This document shows positions 20,179-29,852 of a stretch of DNA of 64,000 nt, piece after piece; the stretch's first letter is position 1; every line of letters begins with the position of its first letter. The DNA is from an uncultured Gemmatimonadaceae bacterium. GTDB taxonomy: Bacteria; Gemmatimonadota; Gemmatimonadetes; Gemmatimonadales; GWC2-71-9. The position numbers and the translations under genes are program-made. Under the pieces are notes generated by a model. The model ran no database searches, was not told the DNA's origin, and saw only the letters and a program-made list of their open reading frames with translations. The stretch lies in contig CAZKYO010000003.1 in NCBI GenBank assembly GCA_964557115.1, positions 64,438-128,437 on the forward strand. Direction: 5' to 3'.

Positions 20179-22023
20179 CTAGTTGTCGAACCGCCAGCGG
20201 ATCCCGTAGCTGCTGCCCAGGGAGAGGATCGGGTAGCCGGGGACCGCCCCCTGACGGGTGGCCTGGAAGTTCACCCGGTCCCAGTAGGCAGTGAACGGCC
20301 CGATCTGGAATTCGATCACCCCCCGCACGAAGGTGAGCCCGGGCAGGGCGATCGCGGCACCGTCCACATCCCGGCCGATCGTCCCCGGGCTCCAGGTCTC
20401 CACCACCCCCTGGACCTGGAGGCGGAAGATCCCGCTTGGGAAGTTGTGCAGGAAGCGCGAGTTGATCGTTGCCGTGGTCCAGGCGTGGTGGGGTGGCACG
20501 CCGTCGGGCAGCTTCCCGCCGAGCGGGTGCTGGTAGTTGGTCGCGAAGGCGAGCCAGGAGAGCGGGGCGAGCCGGGCACGCGCGGTCAGCCACTCGGTCC
20601 GGGGCTGGCGCTCGAACGAGACGACGCGACTGAACTGGCGATACGGCAGCGCGGTCCACGCGTCGGTGCTGAGGAGTCGGCCCTCGGCGGTCAGGAAGCC
20701 GGCATCGATTGCCGCCATCACCTCGTAGTTGCTGAACGAGGCCGGCTGCAGGTCGGCCAGGGCCGGCGCCTCGACGCGTTCGCCGTGGCTCACCGTGCCG
20801 CCCAACCGCAGGCCCACCGGGAGGTGGCGGCCGAGGATGAGGCGACTGCCCTTCGGGACCTCCAGCCCGACGCGCGCCGTGGCCCAAGCCGACCGCCGGT
20901 CGTCTTCGTGCTTCTGGTAGTTCCCCTCGATCGCCGCGGAGAGCGCCGCCGTGGGCGTCCATCCGAACGCGAGGCGGCTCGAGAGCGGCGTCCACTCGGT
21001 GTGGTGCAGCACCTGCAGCTCCGACGACCAGGTCGGGCGCCGGTAGCCGAGGACGGTGCCGAACGTGCCGATCTCCTGTCGCGCGGTGTCGCCGGTCCAG
21101 CCCGACCGGGCCGCCCATGCGTCGGCGCGCAGGCCGAGCGGGCCGGGCCGGTTCCGCCAGGACAACCGCAGCTCGAGGTCGGACCGTCGGCCGTCGAGGC
21201 CGGGATCGAGCGTGTCGGTTGATTCGGCGGCGAGGAGCACGTCGCGCTTGGGTGCCTGGATCAGGTACTGCAGCTGCGCACCGAAGCGCGGCGACGGCAG
21301 CCACGAGAGCTGAGCCCACCCGTTGGTGACGCTCGCCCCGCCGCTGCCGCCCTCGGGCGCATTGACCCCGGTGTAGTCCGCCGCGAGCGACAGGCCGAGT
21401 CCGCTGGCATACCGCTTCTCGAACAGCCCGAAGTACTGCGCCAGGCCGCGGTCGCCGGTGGACACCGCGATGGCGGTGTTCGTGGCGAGCCGGTCGTGGA
21501 TCCGGGTGTAGAGGTAGACGCGGAGCCGGGCCGGCTCCTGCTCGATCTCGACGCGGTCGAAGATCGCCAGCGCCCACGTCGAGGGATCGACCGCGACCGA
21601 ATCGGGCCCGATCGGGAGCCACGGCCGTCCATCGACCAGATACTCGACCGAGGTGGCGCCATGCCCGAGCACGTTGGGCACCTCGGGCCGCACCCGCCAG
21701 CCGCCGCGCCACAGGTAGGCGGGGGCCACGGACCCGATCAGCTCGCCGACGGTGCGCGCCGGCGCCCAGTCGATCGAGTCGCGGGTGAGCACGATGCGAC
21801 TGCCCGCGGGCTGGACGTCGGCGAGGGTGACGCGCGGAAGCGTGTTGAGGAAGACGCGCGCCTGCCCCTCCACGGCGAGCAGTCGTTCGGTCGCGCTGGA
21901 GTCGGTGCTGGTGCTGTCGGCGGACGGCAGCGTGTCGTTCGGATCGCGCACCGGCACCTGCGCCGCCAGCGAGATCGGCAGCGCGAGGCACGCCGCGAGC
22001 GCGAGCCCGCCAAGCCGGGACAT
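20179..22023 (-). CDS. putative outer-membrane beta-barrel protein with TonB-dependent-receptor plug-like N-terminal region
   Basis: Signal peptide MSRLGGLALAACLALPISLAAQ. Plug-like stretch (RIVLTRDSIDWAPARTVGELIG...VEYLVDGRPW...IFDRVEIEQEP), followed by alternating beta-strand-like sequence rich in W/Y/G. No precise family recognised. Confidence 0.55.
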   Translation of the reverse strand: MSRLGGLALAACLALPISLAAQVPVRDPNDTLPSADSTSTDSSATERLLAVEGQARVFLNTLPRVTLADVQPAGSRIVLTRDSIDWAPARTVGELIGSVAPAYLWRGGWRVRPEVPNVLGHGATSVEYLVDGRPWLPIGPDSVAVDPSTWALAIFDRVEIEQEPARLRVYLYTRIHDRLATNTAIAVSTGDRGLAQYFGLFEKRYASGLGLSLAADYTGVNAPEGGSGGASVTNGWAQLSWLPSPRFGAQLQYLIQAPKRDVLLAAESTDTLDPGLDGRRSDLELRLSWRNRPGPLGLRADAWAARSGWTGDTARQEIGTFGTVLGYRRPTWSSELQVLHHTEWTPLSSRLAFGWTPTAALSAAIEGNYQKHEDDRRSAWATARVGLEVPKGSRLILGRHLPVGLRLGGTVSHGERVEAPALADLQPASFSNYEVMAAIDAGFLTAEGRLLSTDAWTALPYRQFSRVVSFERQPRTEWLTARARLAPLSWLAFATNYQHPLGGKLPDGVPPHHAWTTATINSRFLHNFPSGIFRLQVQGVVETWSPGTIGRDVDGAAIALPGLTFVRGVIEFQIGPFTAYWDRVNFQATRQGAVPGYPILSLGSSYGIRWRFDN

Positions 22024-22030
22024 CGGGGAC

Positions 22031-23506
22031 TCAGGTCCCGGCGAGGAGGAACTCCGCGAACAGCCGCATCGGCACGCCGAGCGGACCCCTGCCGTGGGTC
22101 GCCGCTTCGCGATCGGTGTAGGCGGTGCCGGCGATGTCGAGGTGCGCCCAGGGATAGCCCTCGACGAACTCCTTCAGGAACCAGCCGGCGGTGATGCTGC
22201 CGGCGGGCCGCCCGCCGGTGTTCTTCATGTCGGCGATGTCCGACTTGATGAGCTCGCGGTAGTCGTCCCAGAGCGGCAGCTCCCAGAGCCGTTCGCCGGA
22301 CGCCTCGCCCGCGGCGCGCAGCCGGGCGATGAGGGCATCGTCGGTGCCCATCACCGCGCTCGCGGTGTGCCCCAGCCCGATCACCACCGCCCCGGTGAGC
22401 GTCGCGCAATCGACCACCGCCGACGGCTGGTACCGGCGTGCCCACGAGAGCGCATCGGCGAGCAGCAGGCGGCCCTCGGCATCGGTGTTGAGGACCTCGA
22501 TCGTCTTCCCGAAGTGACTGCGGACCACGTCGCCCGGGCGGTAGGCGCTGCCGGAGACCATGTTCTCCGCCGTCGGCACCAGCCCGACGACGTGCAGCGC
22601 GGGCTTGAGCGTGCCGAGCATCTCGAACGTGCCGAGCACCGCGGCGGCGCCCGACATGTCGTACTTCATCTCCTCCATCCCCTGCGCGGGCTTGATCGAG
22701 ATGCCGCCGGAGTCGAAGGTGACGCCCTTCCCCACCAGCACCACCGGCGCGCCCGGCGCGCCGGCATACTCGATGGCAATGAACCGCGGCGCGTTGACGC
22801 TCCCCTTGGCCACGGCGAGCAGCGCGTGCATCCCCTCGGCCTCGAGCGCGGGTCCGTCGAGCACGGTGATCTTCATGCCGTGGCGGTTGGCGAGCTCGGT
22901 CGCGCGCTCGGCGAGGAATGCCGGCGTGCAGGTGTCGGCCGGCAGCACCTGGAGGCCGCGCGTGAACGCCTGCCCCGCCGCGATCGCGGTGCCGCGCGCG
23001 AAGCCCGCCTCGACGGCCGGGTCGATCGCGGGCACCACGATGCTGGCACGCCCGAGGGGCGGCTTCGGGGGATCGGCGGGCCGGCGCAGCTCGGTGTACT
23101 GCCACGCGCCGAACGCCACGCCCTCGGCCGCCGACTGCGCGGCGCGATCGGCGGCGACGCCGGTGGACGGCACCACGAACGCCATCGCCTCCACCCCGAT
23201 CGTGCGGGCGCGCTTGCCCGCGATCATCGCCGCCCGGCGGATCGTGCCGGCCGTCACCTTGTCGGCGTCGCCGATGCCGATGCACAGGATCCGGCGCGCG
23301 GGACCCGTGGAGTAGAAGATCGCCGTCTCGTCGCGCTTGCCGGTGAAGTCGCCGCTCGACCAGGCGCTGCCGATCGCCCCGTTGGTCGCGCCATCGAGGG
23401 CGGCAAGCGCCTCAGGTCGCGCGTCGGCCCGGGCAACCGCGACGGCGACGAGGGGCAGATCAAGGCTGGCGGGATCGGCGGCGTGCAGCGAGAGCTGGAC
23501 GGACAT
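22031..23506 (-). CDS. pepA: leucyl aminopeptidase (M17)
   Basis: 491 aa from ATG 23506. VGKGVTFDSGGISIKP and NTDAEGRLLLADAL motifs. The track ORF to 23695 is over-extended. Confidence 0.9.
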   Translation of the reverse strand: MSVQLSLHAADPASLDLPLVAVAVARADARPEALAALDGATNGAIGSAWSSGDFTGKRDETAIFYSTGPARRILCIGIGDADKVTAGTIRRAAMIAGKRARTIGVEAMAFVVPSTGVAADRAAQSAAEGVAFGAWQYTELRRPADPPKPPLGRASIVVPAIDPAVEAGFARGTAIAAGQAFTRGLQVLPADTCTPAFLAERATELANRHGMKITVLDGPALEAEGMHALLAVAKGSVNAPRFIAIEYAGAPGAPVVLVGKGVTFDSGGISIKPAQGMEEMKYDMSGAAAVLGTFEMLGTLKPALHVVGLVPTAENMVSGSAYRPGDVVRSHFGKTIEVLNTDAEGRLLLADALSWARRYQPSAVVDCATLTGAVVIGLGHTASAVMGTDDALIARLRAAGEASGERLWELPLWDDYRELIKSDIADMKNTGGRPAGSITAGWFLKEFVEGYPWAHLDIAGTAYTDREAATHGRGPLGVPMRLFAEFLLAGT

Positions 23507-23576
23507 GAGCTTCCACGGCTGGAGTGGCGACGGCACCGGCCTGCAGGTGGCCATGAAGATAATGGGGCCTGATCGT

Positions 23577-26015
23577 TCAGGGCGCGCCCGGGTCCGGGTC
23601 GGCAGGAACCGCGGGGCCAAGGCTCTTTCCCACCGCGTGCAGCAGCTCCTCGGTCGTAAACGGCTTGGCGAGGACGCACTCGCCGGGCCGTTCACCGCCG
23701 CGCAGCGCCACCTCGTCCTCGGTGTAGCCGGAGATGTACACGACGGCGATCGCGGGATCGAGTCCCCGCGCGCGGCGGGCCAGCTCGGCCCCGCCCATCC
23801 TCGGCATCACCATGTCGGTGACCAGCAGGCGAAACCCGCCGCGCGAGAGGGCGGCCAGGGCCTCGACGCCGTCGCCCGCCAGCTCCACCTCGCATCCGAT
23901 GCGGCGCAGCAACCGCGACACCACGTCGCGCACCTCCGGGTCGTCATCGACCACGAGCACGGGCCCGCCCACCGGACTGCCCGGCGTCACGAGGCCGCCG
24001 ACGGCTCCCGGGACGCCGTCCAGCTCGGGACGGGCGTGGACCACGGGCAGGTACAGCTGCACCGCGGTGCCGTCCTGCCCGGTCTCGGCCACGAACAGGT
24101 GCCCGCCCGCCTGCCGGACGATGCCATAGGCCGTCGACAGCCCCAGTCCGGAGCCGCGCCCCGTCGGCTTGGTGGTGAAGAAGGGCTCGAACGCGTGCTC
24201 GGCCACCTCGGGCGCCATGCCGGTGCCGCTGTCGCGGACCTCGACCCGCGCCCACGTGCCCGGCGTCACCTCGCCGGTCGGGTGCCGAAGCGGGCGCTGG
24301 AGTTCGAGCACGTCCGTCGTGATGGTCAGCTCGCCGCCCGCGGGCATCGCGTCGCGCGCGTTGAGGACCAGGTTCATCAGCGCCTGCTCGAGCATGAGGC
24401 GGTCACCCTCGACCGTTGCCGGCGTGTCGCCGGCGACGACGCGGGCGACGATGCCGGCCGGCAGCGCGGAGCGGGCGAGCTCGATCACCCCTTCCACCAT
24501 CCGGTCGAGGCGGCAGGGCTCGCGCCGCAACGGTTGGCGCCGCGAGAAGGCGAGCAGCCTCCCCGTGAGCTCGCGGCCGCGCTCGACCGCCTCGCGGATG
24601 GCGTGGAGGTCCCTTGCGTGGCCCAGCCGCACGGCCGGATCGGCGAGCAGCTCGTCGGCGGTGCCGAGCACCACGGTGAGCATGTTGTTGAAGTCATGGG
24701 CCACGCCGCTGGCGAGGCGACCCGCGGCATCGAGCCGCTGCGCGTGCCGCACCTGCTGCTCGAGTTCCCGCGCCTCGGTGACATCGCGCACCGACAGCGC
24801 CACGCCGTCGCCCGCCCGCACCGCCTGCAGACGGATCCACCGGGGGCGGGTGCCCGGCCGCGTCCCCCCGGTGCTGAACTCCTCCTCGAACGGGACGCCG
24901 GTGGCGAGGACCGCGCGGTAGCGATCGAGGAAGCCCATTTCCTGCGCGACCGGGAAGGCGTCGGCGAGCAGTGCCCATTGCAGCACGGCGCGCGGCTGCC
25001 CCGTGAGTCGTTCGGCCTGGCTGTTCACGTCGAGGAGGCGAAAGTCGGCGACGGTGCCGTCGGCGTGGCGCTCCGGGCCGAGGAGGAAGAACGCGTCGAG
25101 CGACCCGTCGCGCGCGGCACGCAGCAGTTCCTCCGAGCGCGACAGCTCTGCCTCCCGGGCGCGCAGCATCGCGTTCGCCTCGCGCAAGGCGGCGCCCGCG
25201 TGGCGCGCCCGTTCGGCGCTCACCAGCGCCACGGCGACGAGCGTCGCGGTGCCGAGCGCGAACAGCACGCCGAGGAGCAGCTGGCCGCCGTTGGAGATCG
25301 GATGCACCGGCGTGCACACCAGGGTGACGAACACGTAGCTGCCGAGCCCGATCCAGCCGGCCAGCACCCACAACTGCATCCCCAGCGGGCGATCCTCGGC
25401 CGGGAGCCGCGACCAGCCGCGATGAATCAGGCCGATCGCGAGCAGCAGGATCGCGGTCCCGGTCGGGACGGCGATGCCGGCGAGGAAGTTCGCGTCCCGG
25501 ATGCCCGACGCCCACACGGTGTAGGCGAACAGGATCGCCCAGCTGATCGCCGCGACTCCCGCCGCCAGCGCGCCCGGCAGCAGGCGACCGGCCCGGGTCG
25601 GTCGATCGAGCCCGAGGAGCGACAGCGCACCGCCCAGGCAGACGAAGCACGTGAGCGTCGTGGTCGCCGGGCGGGCGCCGCTCGTGATGCGGTCCACGTA
25701 CTCCTGCGAGAAGGGATGGAGCCGCAGCACCCCGGTGCTGAAGTGGTAGAAGTGCTCGAGGAGCAGCAGGGCGGCAAGCACCATCACCACCACGCCCAGC
25801 CAGAACGCCACGCGGCGCGAGACGAGCAGCCCGACCGCCACGAAGGCGATCAGGTGGACGGTTGCCGGCACCATCGCCGGGAAGCCGGGGATGATCGTGA
25901 ACAGGGCCTCGCGCTGGAGGGCCCAGCCGAGCGCGACCGCCGCCGCGACAAGCAGCGGTATCAGCGAGTAGAGCGTCAGGCGCCGGGGACTGCGGGGCGC
26001 CGCGCCGTCAGGCAT
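23577..26015 (-). CDS. hybrid sensor histidine kinase / response regulator with multi-TM N-terminal domain
   Basis: 812 aa. About 270 aa with roughly 8 hydrophobic segments, then a PAS-like region. H-box SGVAHDFNNML, HATPase (GSGLGLS), C-terminal receiver (VLVVDDDPE...LLVTDMVMP). Confidence 0.9.
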   Translation of the reverse strand: MPDGAAPRSPRRLTLYSLIPLLVAAAVALGWALQREALFTIIPGFPAMVPATVHLIAFVAVGLLVSRRVAFWLGVVVMVLAALLLLEHFYHFSTGVLRLHPFSQEYVDRITSGARPATTTLTCFVCLGGALSLLGLDRPTRAGRLLPGALAAGVAAISWAILFAYTVWASGIRDANFLAGIAVPTGTAILLLAIGLIHRGWSRLPAEDRPLGMQLWVLAGWIGLGSYVFVTLVCTPVHPISNGGQLLLGVLFALGTATLVAVALVSAERARHAGAALREANAMLRAREAELSRSEELLRAARDGSLDAFFLLGPERHADGTVADFRLLDVNSQAERLTGQPRAVLQWALLADAFPVAQEMGFLDRYRAVLATGVPFEEEFSTGGTRPGTRPRWIRLQAVRAGDGVALSVRDVTEARELEQQVRHAQRLDAAGRLASGVAHDFNNMLTVVLGTADELLADPAVRLGHARDLHAIREAVERGRELTGRLLAFSRRQPLRREPCRLDRMVEGVIELARSALPAGIVARVVAGDTPATVEGDRLMLEQALMNLVLNARDAMPAGGELTITTDVLELQRPLRHPTGEVTPGTWARVEVRDSGTGMAPEVAEHAFEPFFTTKPTGRGSGLGLSTAYGIVRQAGGHLFVAETGQDGTAVQLYLPVVHARPELDGVPGAVGGLVTPGSPVGGPVLVVDDDPEVRDVVSRLLRRIGCEVELAGDGVEALAALSRGGFRLLVTDMVMPRMGGAELARRARGLDPAIAVVYISGYTEDEVALRGGERPGECVLAKPFTTEELLHAVGKSLGPAVPADPDPGAP

Positions 26016-26082
26016 GCCGGGTCCGGGGCTGGGGCCGCGAGGACTCCCGCCGCCGTGGCCGGCGCGCCGGGAGGTGCCACCA

Positions 26083-26165
26083 TGCCCAAGGAGGGAGTCG
26101 AACCCTCACGGGGTTGCCCCCTGCGGATTTTGAGTCCGCTGCGTCTGCCATTCCGCCACTCGGGC
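26083..26165 (-). tRNA. tRNA-Leu (anticodon CAA), 83 nt, CCA not encoded
   Basis: Folded by hand: GCCCGAG TG GCGGAATGGCAGACGC A GCGGA CTCAAAA TCCGC AGGGGGCAACCCCGT GAGGG TTCGACT CCCTC CTTGGGC A. Acceptor 7 bp (one GU), U33-CAA-A37, long variable arm, GTTCGA T-loop. Confidence 0.9.
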
Positions 26166-26209
26166 CTTGCCGAAGGATGCAGGAAGGGCTCGGCGGCGGC
26201 AAGCGGTGA

Positions 26210-26320
26210 GGCGAATGGTGAATGGTGAATGGGGAATGGTGAATGGGGAGCGACGGATCGTCACCACGGGGCTGGCGCCCGATAGCCCTCCCCTTCACCA
26301 TTCACCATTCACCATTCACC
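26210..26320. repeat. heptad hairpin element A: (GGNGAAT)x6 / 37-nt loop / (NTTCACC)x4-5
   Basis: Left arm: GGCGAAT GGTGAAT GGTGAAT GGGGAAT GGTGAAT GGGGAG. Right arm: CTCCC CTTCACC ATTCACC ATTCACC ATTCACC. Hand pairing gives about 33 bp with one bulge and one mismatch (26217-26250 with 26288-26320). Confidence 0.9.
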
Positions 26321-26330
26321 AGGCCCCGCC

Positions 26331-26882
26331 GTGATCTCGCCCCGCCCGTTCCACCCCTGGCACGACATCCCCAGCGGCGCCGAGCCGCCATCGCTGGTCA
26401 CCGCGGTGATCGAGATCCCCGCCAACGAGCGCAACAAGTACGAGCTCGACAAGGACCTCGGCGTCTTCCGGCTCGACCGGCTCCTGCACAGCTCGGTGCA
26501 CTACCCGGGTGACTACGGCTTCATCCCCCGCACCCTCGCCGAGGACCACGACCCGCTCGACGTCCTGGTGATCATGACCGAGCCGGTCTTCACCGGCTGC
26601 CTCGTCGAGGTCCGCCCGCTCGGCGTCTTCAACCTCATCGACCGCGGCGAGAACGACGAGAAGATCATCGCCGTGCCGACCCACGACCCGTTCGCCGAGC
26701 AGATGCGCGGACTGGGCGACATCCCGCGCCACGCCCTGCGGGAGATCGAGCACTTCTTCCAGGTCTACAAGGATCTCGAGGGGACCCGCACCGAGAGCCG
26801 CGGCTTCGACGATCGCGAGGCGGCGGAGCGGTTGATCGTCGCGTGCATGCAGCGCTACGAGGAGGAGTTCGGCAGCAGGTGA
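26331..26882 (+). CDS. ppa: inorganic pyrophosphatase (family I)
   Basis: 183 aa, GTG start. EIPANERNKYELD, YPGDYGFIPRTL, DPLDVLV, DEKIIAV. Confidence 0.95.
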   Translation: MISPRPFHPWHDIPSGAEPPSLVTAVIEIPANERNKYELDKDLGVFRLDRLLHSSVHYPGDYGFIPRTLAEDHDPLDVLVIMTEPVFTGCLVEVRPLGVFNLIDRGENDEKIIAVPTHDPFAEQMRGLGDIPRHALREIEHFFQVYKDLEGTRTESRGFDDREAAERLIVACMQRYEEEFGSR

Positions 26883-26928
26883 AGGTTGGAGGGTGAAGGG
26901 GAACCGCACCGAGCCCGGTTCACCCCTC
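26878..26928. repeat. short heptad hairpin element G between convergent ppa and hypothetical gene (bidirectional terminator candidate)
   Basis: GGTGAAG GTTGGAG GGTGAAG GGGAACC / 11-nt loop / GGTTCACCCCTC. The ppa TGA (26880-26882) lies in the first unit. The opposing gene's TGA (26920-26922) lies in the right arm. Confidence 0.7.
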
Positions 26929-27435
26929 GCCGATCTCCGTTCGCAGGCTCACCGGCGGACGGAGCACTTCGCTCCAGATGAGGGCCTGGCGAAGGCCCGG
27001 ACGCGCCACGGACGACGCCGGCGCGGCGGCCTTCGCCTTCCGGATCTTCGCGTCGAAGGCGGCGTGGTCCGCTGGTCGCCACTCGCGGTTGCGCGCCTCC
27101 GCGAGGTCCACCCGCCGCCGCACCAGCGCCTCGGCCTGGTCGTCGAAGTCCACCGGCGCCTGCGACGGCGCCGGGACCGGCAACGAACGCGTCACCACGA
27201 CCGGCGCCACCTCCACCGATTCGCGCCCCCGCTCGTCCAGGTCGCGGGCCTGCTCCAGCTGGCGCCGCATCTCGGCGAGCAGGTCCTCGTAGCTCCCCGG
27301 CTCGGCGCGCGGCCGCGGCACCGGCAACGGACGCTGCGGCCGGTTGCGCTGCTGCTGCGAGGCCTTCCCCGCCTTGGCGACCAGCGAGCCGATCGCCCAG
27401 ACGACCAGCAGCACGAAGATCGCGCCGGGCTCCAT
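26920..27435 (-). CDS. hypothetical single-pass membrane protein (YqfB-position protein downstream of floA)
   Basis: 171 aa. N-terminal TM MEPGAIFVLLVVWAIGSLV followed by charged/Pro-rich sequence. It starts 6 nt after the floA stop. No family recognised. Confidence 0.6.
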   Translation of the reverse strand: MEPGAIFVLLVVWAIGSLVAKAGKASQQQRNRPQRPLPVPRPRAEPGSYEDLLAEMRRQLEQARDLDERGRESVEVAPVVVTRSLPVPAPSQAPVDFDDQAEALVRRRVDLAEARNREWRPADHAAFDAKIRKAKAAAPASSVARPGLRQALIWSEVLRPPVSLRTEIGEG

Positions 27436-27441
27436 CGCGGC

Positions 27442-28440
27442 TCAGCCCTGCTCGGGTGCGCGCGGCTGCTCGCCCGAAGCGATCGCCTTGCGCATCTCGG
27501 TGTCGGCCTCGACGTTGCGGAACTTCTGGTAGTCCATCACGCCGAGGTTGCCGTCGCGGAACGCCTCGGCCATCGCGAGCGGGATCGCCGCCTCGGCCGC
27601 GATCAGCTTGGCGCGCTGGTTCTGGGCCTCCGCCTTGTACTCCTGCTCCATCGCCACTGCGAGCGCCCGGCGCTCCTCCGCCTTGGCCTGCGCGATCCGC
27701 TTGTCGGCCTCGGCCTGGTCGGTCTGCAGCTCGGCGCCGATGTTCTTGCCGACGTCGACGTCGGCAATGTCGATCGAGAGGATCTCGAATGCCGTGCCGG
27801 CGTCGAGGCCCTTGGCCAGCACCGTCTTGGAGATCATGTCGGGGTTCTCGAGCACCGCCTTGTGGCTCGCCGCGGAGCCGATGGTGCTCACGATCCCCTC
27901 GCCGACGCGCGCCAGGATCGTCTCCTCGCCGGCGCCGCCGACCAGCCGGTCGACGTTGGCGCGCACCGTCACCCGCGCCATCGCGAGCAGCTGGATGCCG
28001 TCCTTCGCCATCGCCGCCACCTTCGGCGTCGTGATCACCTTCGGGTTCACGCTCACCTGCACGGCCTCGAGCACGTCGCGCCCGGCCAGGTCGATCGCGG
28101 TCGCCTGCTTGAACGAGAGCGCGATGCCGGCCTTGTCGGCCGAGATCAGCGAGTTGACCACCCGCGCGACGTTGCCGCCGGACAGGTAGTGCGCCTCGAG
28201 GTCGTTGATCCGCAGCATCAGCCCCGCCTTGGTGGCGGTGATGAGCGGGTCGACGATGCGGGCCGGGTTGACCTTCCGGAGCCGCATCCCCATGAGCGTG
28301 ATGAACGAGACGCGCACGCCGCTCGCGGCCGCGCGGATCCAGAGGCCGATCGGGATGAACCGGAAGAAGAGCATCCCGAAGAGGAGGATGAGGAAGCCCA
28401 GCACGAGCAGCGTGGCGAGCGGGGCGGTGTCCTGGTTCAT
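27442..28440 (-). CDS. floA: flotillin-like protein FloA (YqfA/UPF0365)
   Basis: 332 aa, N-terminal TM. Diagnostic stretches: [54 protein letters not shown]. Confidence 0.9.
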   Translation of the reverse strand: MNQDTAPLATLLVLGFLILLFGMLFFRFIPIGLWIRAAASGVRVSFITLMGMRLRKVNPARIVDPLITATKAGLMLRINDLEAHYLSGGNVARVVNSLISADKAGIALSFKQATAIDLAGRDVLEAVQVSVNPKVITTPKVAAMAKDGIQLLAMARVTVRANVDRLVGGAGEETILARVGEGIVSTIGSAASHKAVLENPDMISKTVLAKGLDAGTAFEILSIDIADVDVGKNIGAELQTDQAEADKRIAQAKAEERRALAVAMEQEYKAEAQNQRAKLIAAEAAIPLAMAEAFRDGNLGVMDYQKFRNVEADTEMRKAIASGEQPRAPEQG

Positions 28441-28456
28441 GACGGTTCCGGCTCCT

Positions 28457-29815
28457 TCAGTCCGTTGTCGGTGGCACGGGGCGCGCAGCGCGCACCACGT
28501 GACGATAGCCCTCGGCGCGGAGCACCACGACGGCGGCGCCGGCCTTCACGAATTCGCCCTCGGTGACCACGTCCACCCGCTCGCCCTCCACCTCGGCGGT
28601 GCCCGAGGGACGCAGGTCGGTGAGCGCGGTGCCGCCCTTCCCCACCAGCTCGTCGCGTGACGGCGCCGAGAGGTAGCCCTCGCCGCGGTGCACGCTGTCG
28701 CGCAGCAGCAGGCCGCTCCAGCGGGTGCTGTTCGGCAGGTGCCGGATCCAGGCGAAGAACACCGCGCCGGTGATCACCAGCGACGCCCCGAGGATGCCCA
28801 TCGCGGTGGCGACGTCGCCGCCGGTCGGCGCCGATCCCAGCAGCGCCATCACCATCGACCCTCCGATCAGCAGCAGGCCGACGATCCCCGCCACGCCGAA
28901 GCCCGGCAGCACGAGCACCTCGACCGCGAGCGCGATCACGCCGAGACCGAGCATGAGCACTTCCTCCCAGCCGGCGAGGCCGAGCAAGAACGAGGAGCCG
29001 AAGAAGAGACCCAGTGACGCGAGCGAGACCAACCCGCCGATCCCGAACGCCCCCGCCTTGATCTCGAAGAGCAGGCCGAGGAGGCCGATCGAGAGGAGCA
29101 GCGGCGCGACGACCGGGTTGGTGACGAACCGCACCACGAGCTCGGCCCAGTTCGGCGAGATTGAGCGCACCGTCGCCCCGGGGAGTCCCGACACCGACAG
29201 CAGCGCATCGAGCGAGCCGGCCTCGCCGTCGGCGATGCCGTTGGCGATCGCCTGGGACGCCGTGAGCGACAGCAGCTTGCCCGCCGGGGCAAGTGCCGGG
29301 ATGTCGATCGACTCGTCCACCATCGCCTCGGCGAGTGCCGGGTTGCGGCCGCGCAGCTCCGCCAGCGAGCGGAATTCCGCGCGCATCGCGCTGACCATCT
29401 TCTCGGAGGCCTTGGTGCCGCTGCCATCCACCGGGGTGGCGGCGCCGATCGCGCCGCCGGGGGCCACGTAGATCTTCTCCGCCGAGAGGGCGATCATCGC
29501 CCCGGCGCTCCAGGCGCGCGGATTGACCCAGGCCACCACCGGCACCCGCGAGGCGCGCACCGCGTCGGTGATCCGCTCGGCGGCGTCGATGCGCCCGCCG
29601 GGGGTGTCGATGTCGAGGATGACGAGCGCGGCCCCGCGCTCGGCGGCCTGCAAGAGGGCGCGCTCGACGTAGGGCGCCAGGCCGTTCTCAATCGTGCCGC
29701 TCACCGCGACGCGCACGACCTCCTGGGCCCGCGCGGCCACGGGCACCGCGACGAGCAGGGCGGCAAGGAACACGGGGAGCCGCCAGGACCTCGACCGCAC
29801 CGGGACGTTTTCCAT
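28457..29815 (-). CDS. NfeD-family membrane-bound ClpP-class serine protease
   Basis: 452 aa. Signal peptide, ClpP-like domain ([16 protein letters not shown]...SAGAMIAL), about 5 TM segments, and a C-terminal NfeD OB-fold ([28 protein letters not shown]). Confidence 0.85.
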   Translation of the reverse strand: MENVPVRSRSWRLPVFLAALLVAVPVAARAQEVVRVAVSGTIENGLAPYVERALLQAAERGAALVILDIDTPGGRIDAAERITDAVRASRVPVVAWVNPRAWSAGAMIALSAEKIYVAPGGAIGAATPVDGSGTKASEKMVSAMRAEFRSLAELRGRNPALAEAMVDESIDIPALAPAGKLLSLTASQAIANGIADGEAGSLDALLSVSGLPGATVRSISPNWAELVVRFVTNPVVAPLLLSIGLLGLLFEIKAGAFGIGGLVSLASLGLFFGSSFLLGLAGWEEVLMLGLGVIALAVEVLVLPGFGVAGIVGLLLIGGSMVMALLGSAPTGGDVATAMGILGASLVITGAVFFAWIRHLPNSTRWSGLLLRDSVHRGEGYLSAPSRDELVGKGGTALTDLRPSGTAEVEGERVDVVTEGEFVKAGAAVVVLRAEGYRHVVRAARPVPPTTD

Positions 29816-29852
29816 CCCGGAAATCTAGCGGGAGCGGCCCCCAGCCGCCGGA

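Noticed and set aside
26210-26320. Whether the tandem repeats could be a CRISPR array or a VNTR inside a gene.
   Set aside because: Units are 7 nt with no spacers, and the arrays occur as inverted pairs. No cas genes are present. All copies are intergenic.
26166-26330. A genomic island or integration site next to tRNA-Leu.
   Set aside because: No integrase, no direct repeat of the tRNA 3' end, and no compositional shift are visible. The flanking genes (histidine kinase, ppa) look like core genes.
26008-26512. Small ORFs encoding repetitive peptides such as FTIHHSPFTIHHSP / NGEWGMVNGEW (26008..26301, 26243..26512; also 57082..57297, 56775..57134, 58053..58332).
   Set aside because: They are simply translations of the heptad repeat arrays in different frames. 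They overlap the tRNA or neighbouring genes and have no start context or coding periodicity.
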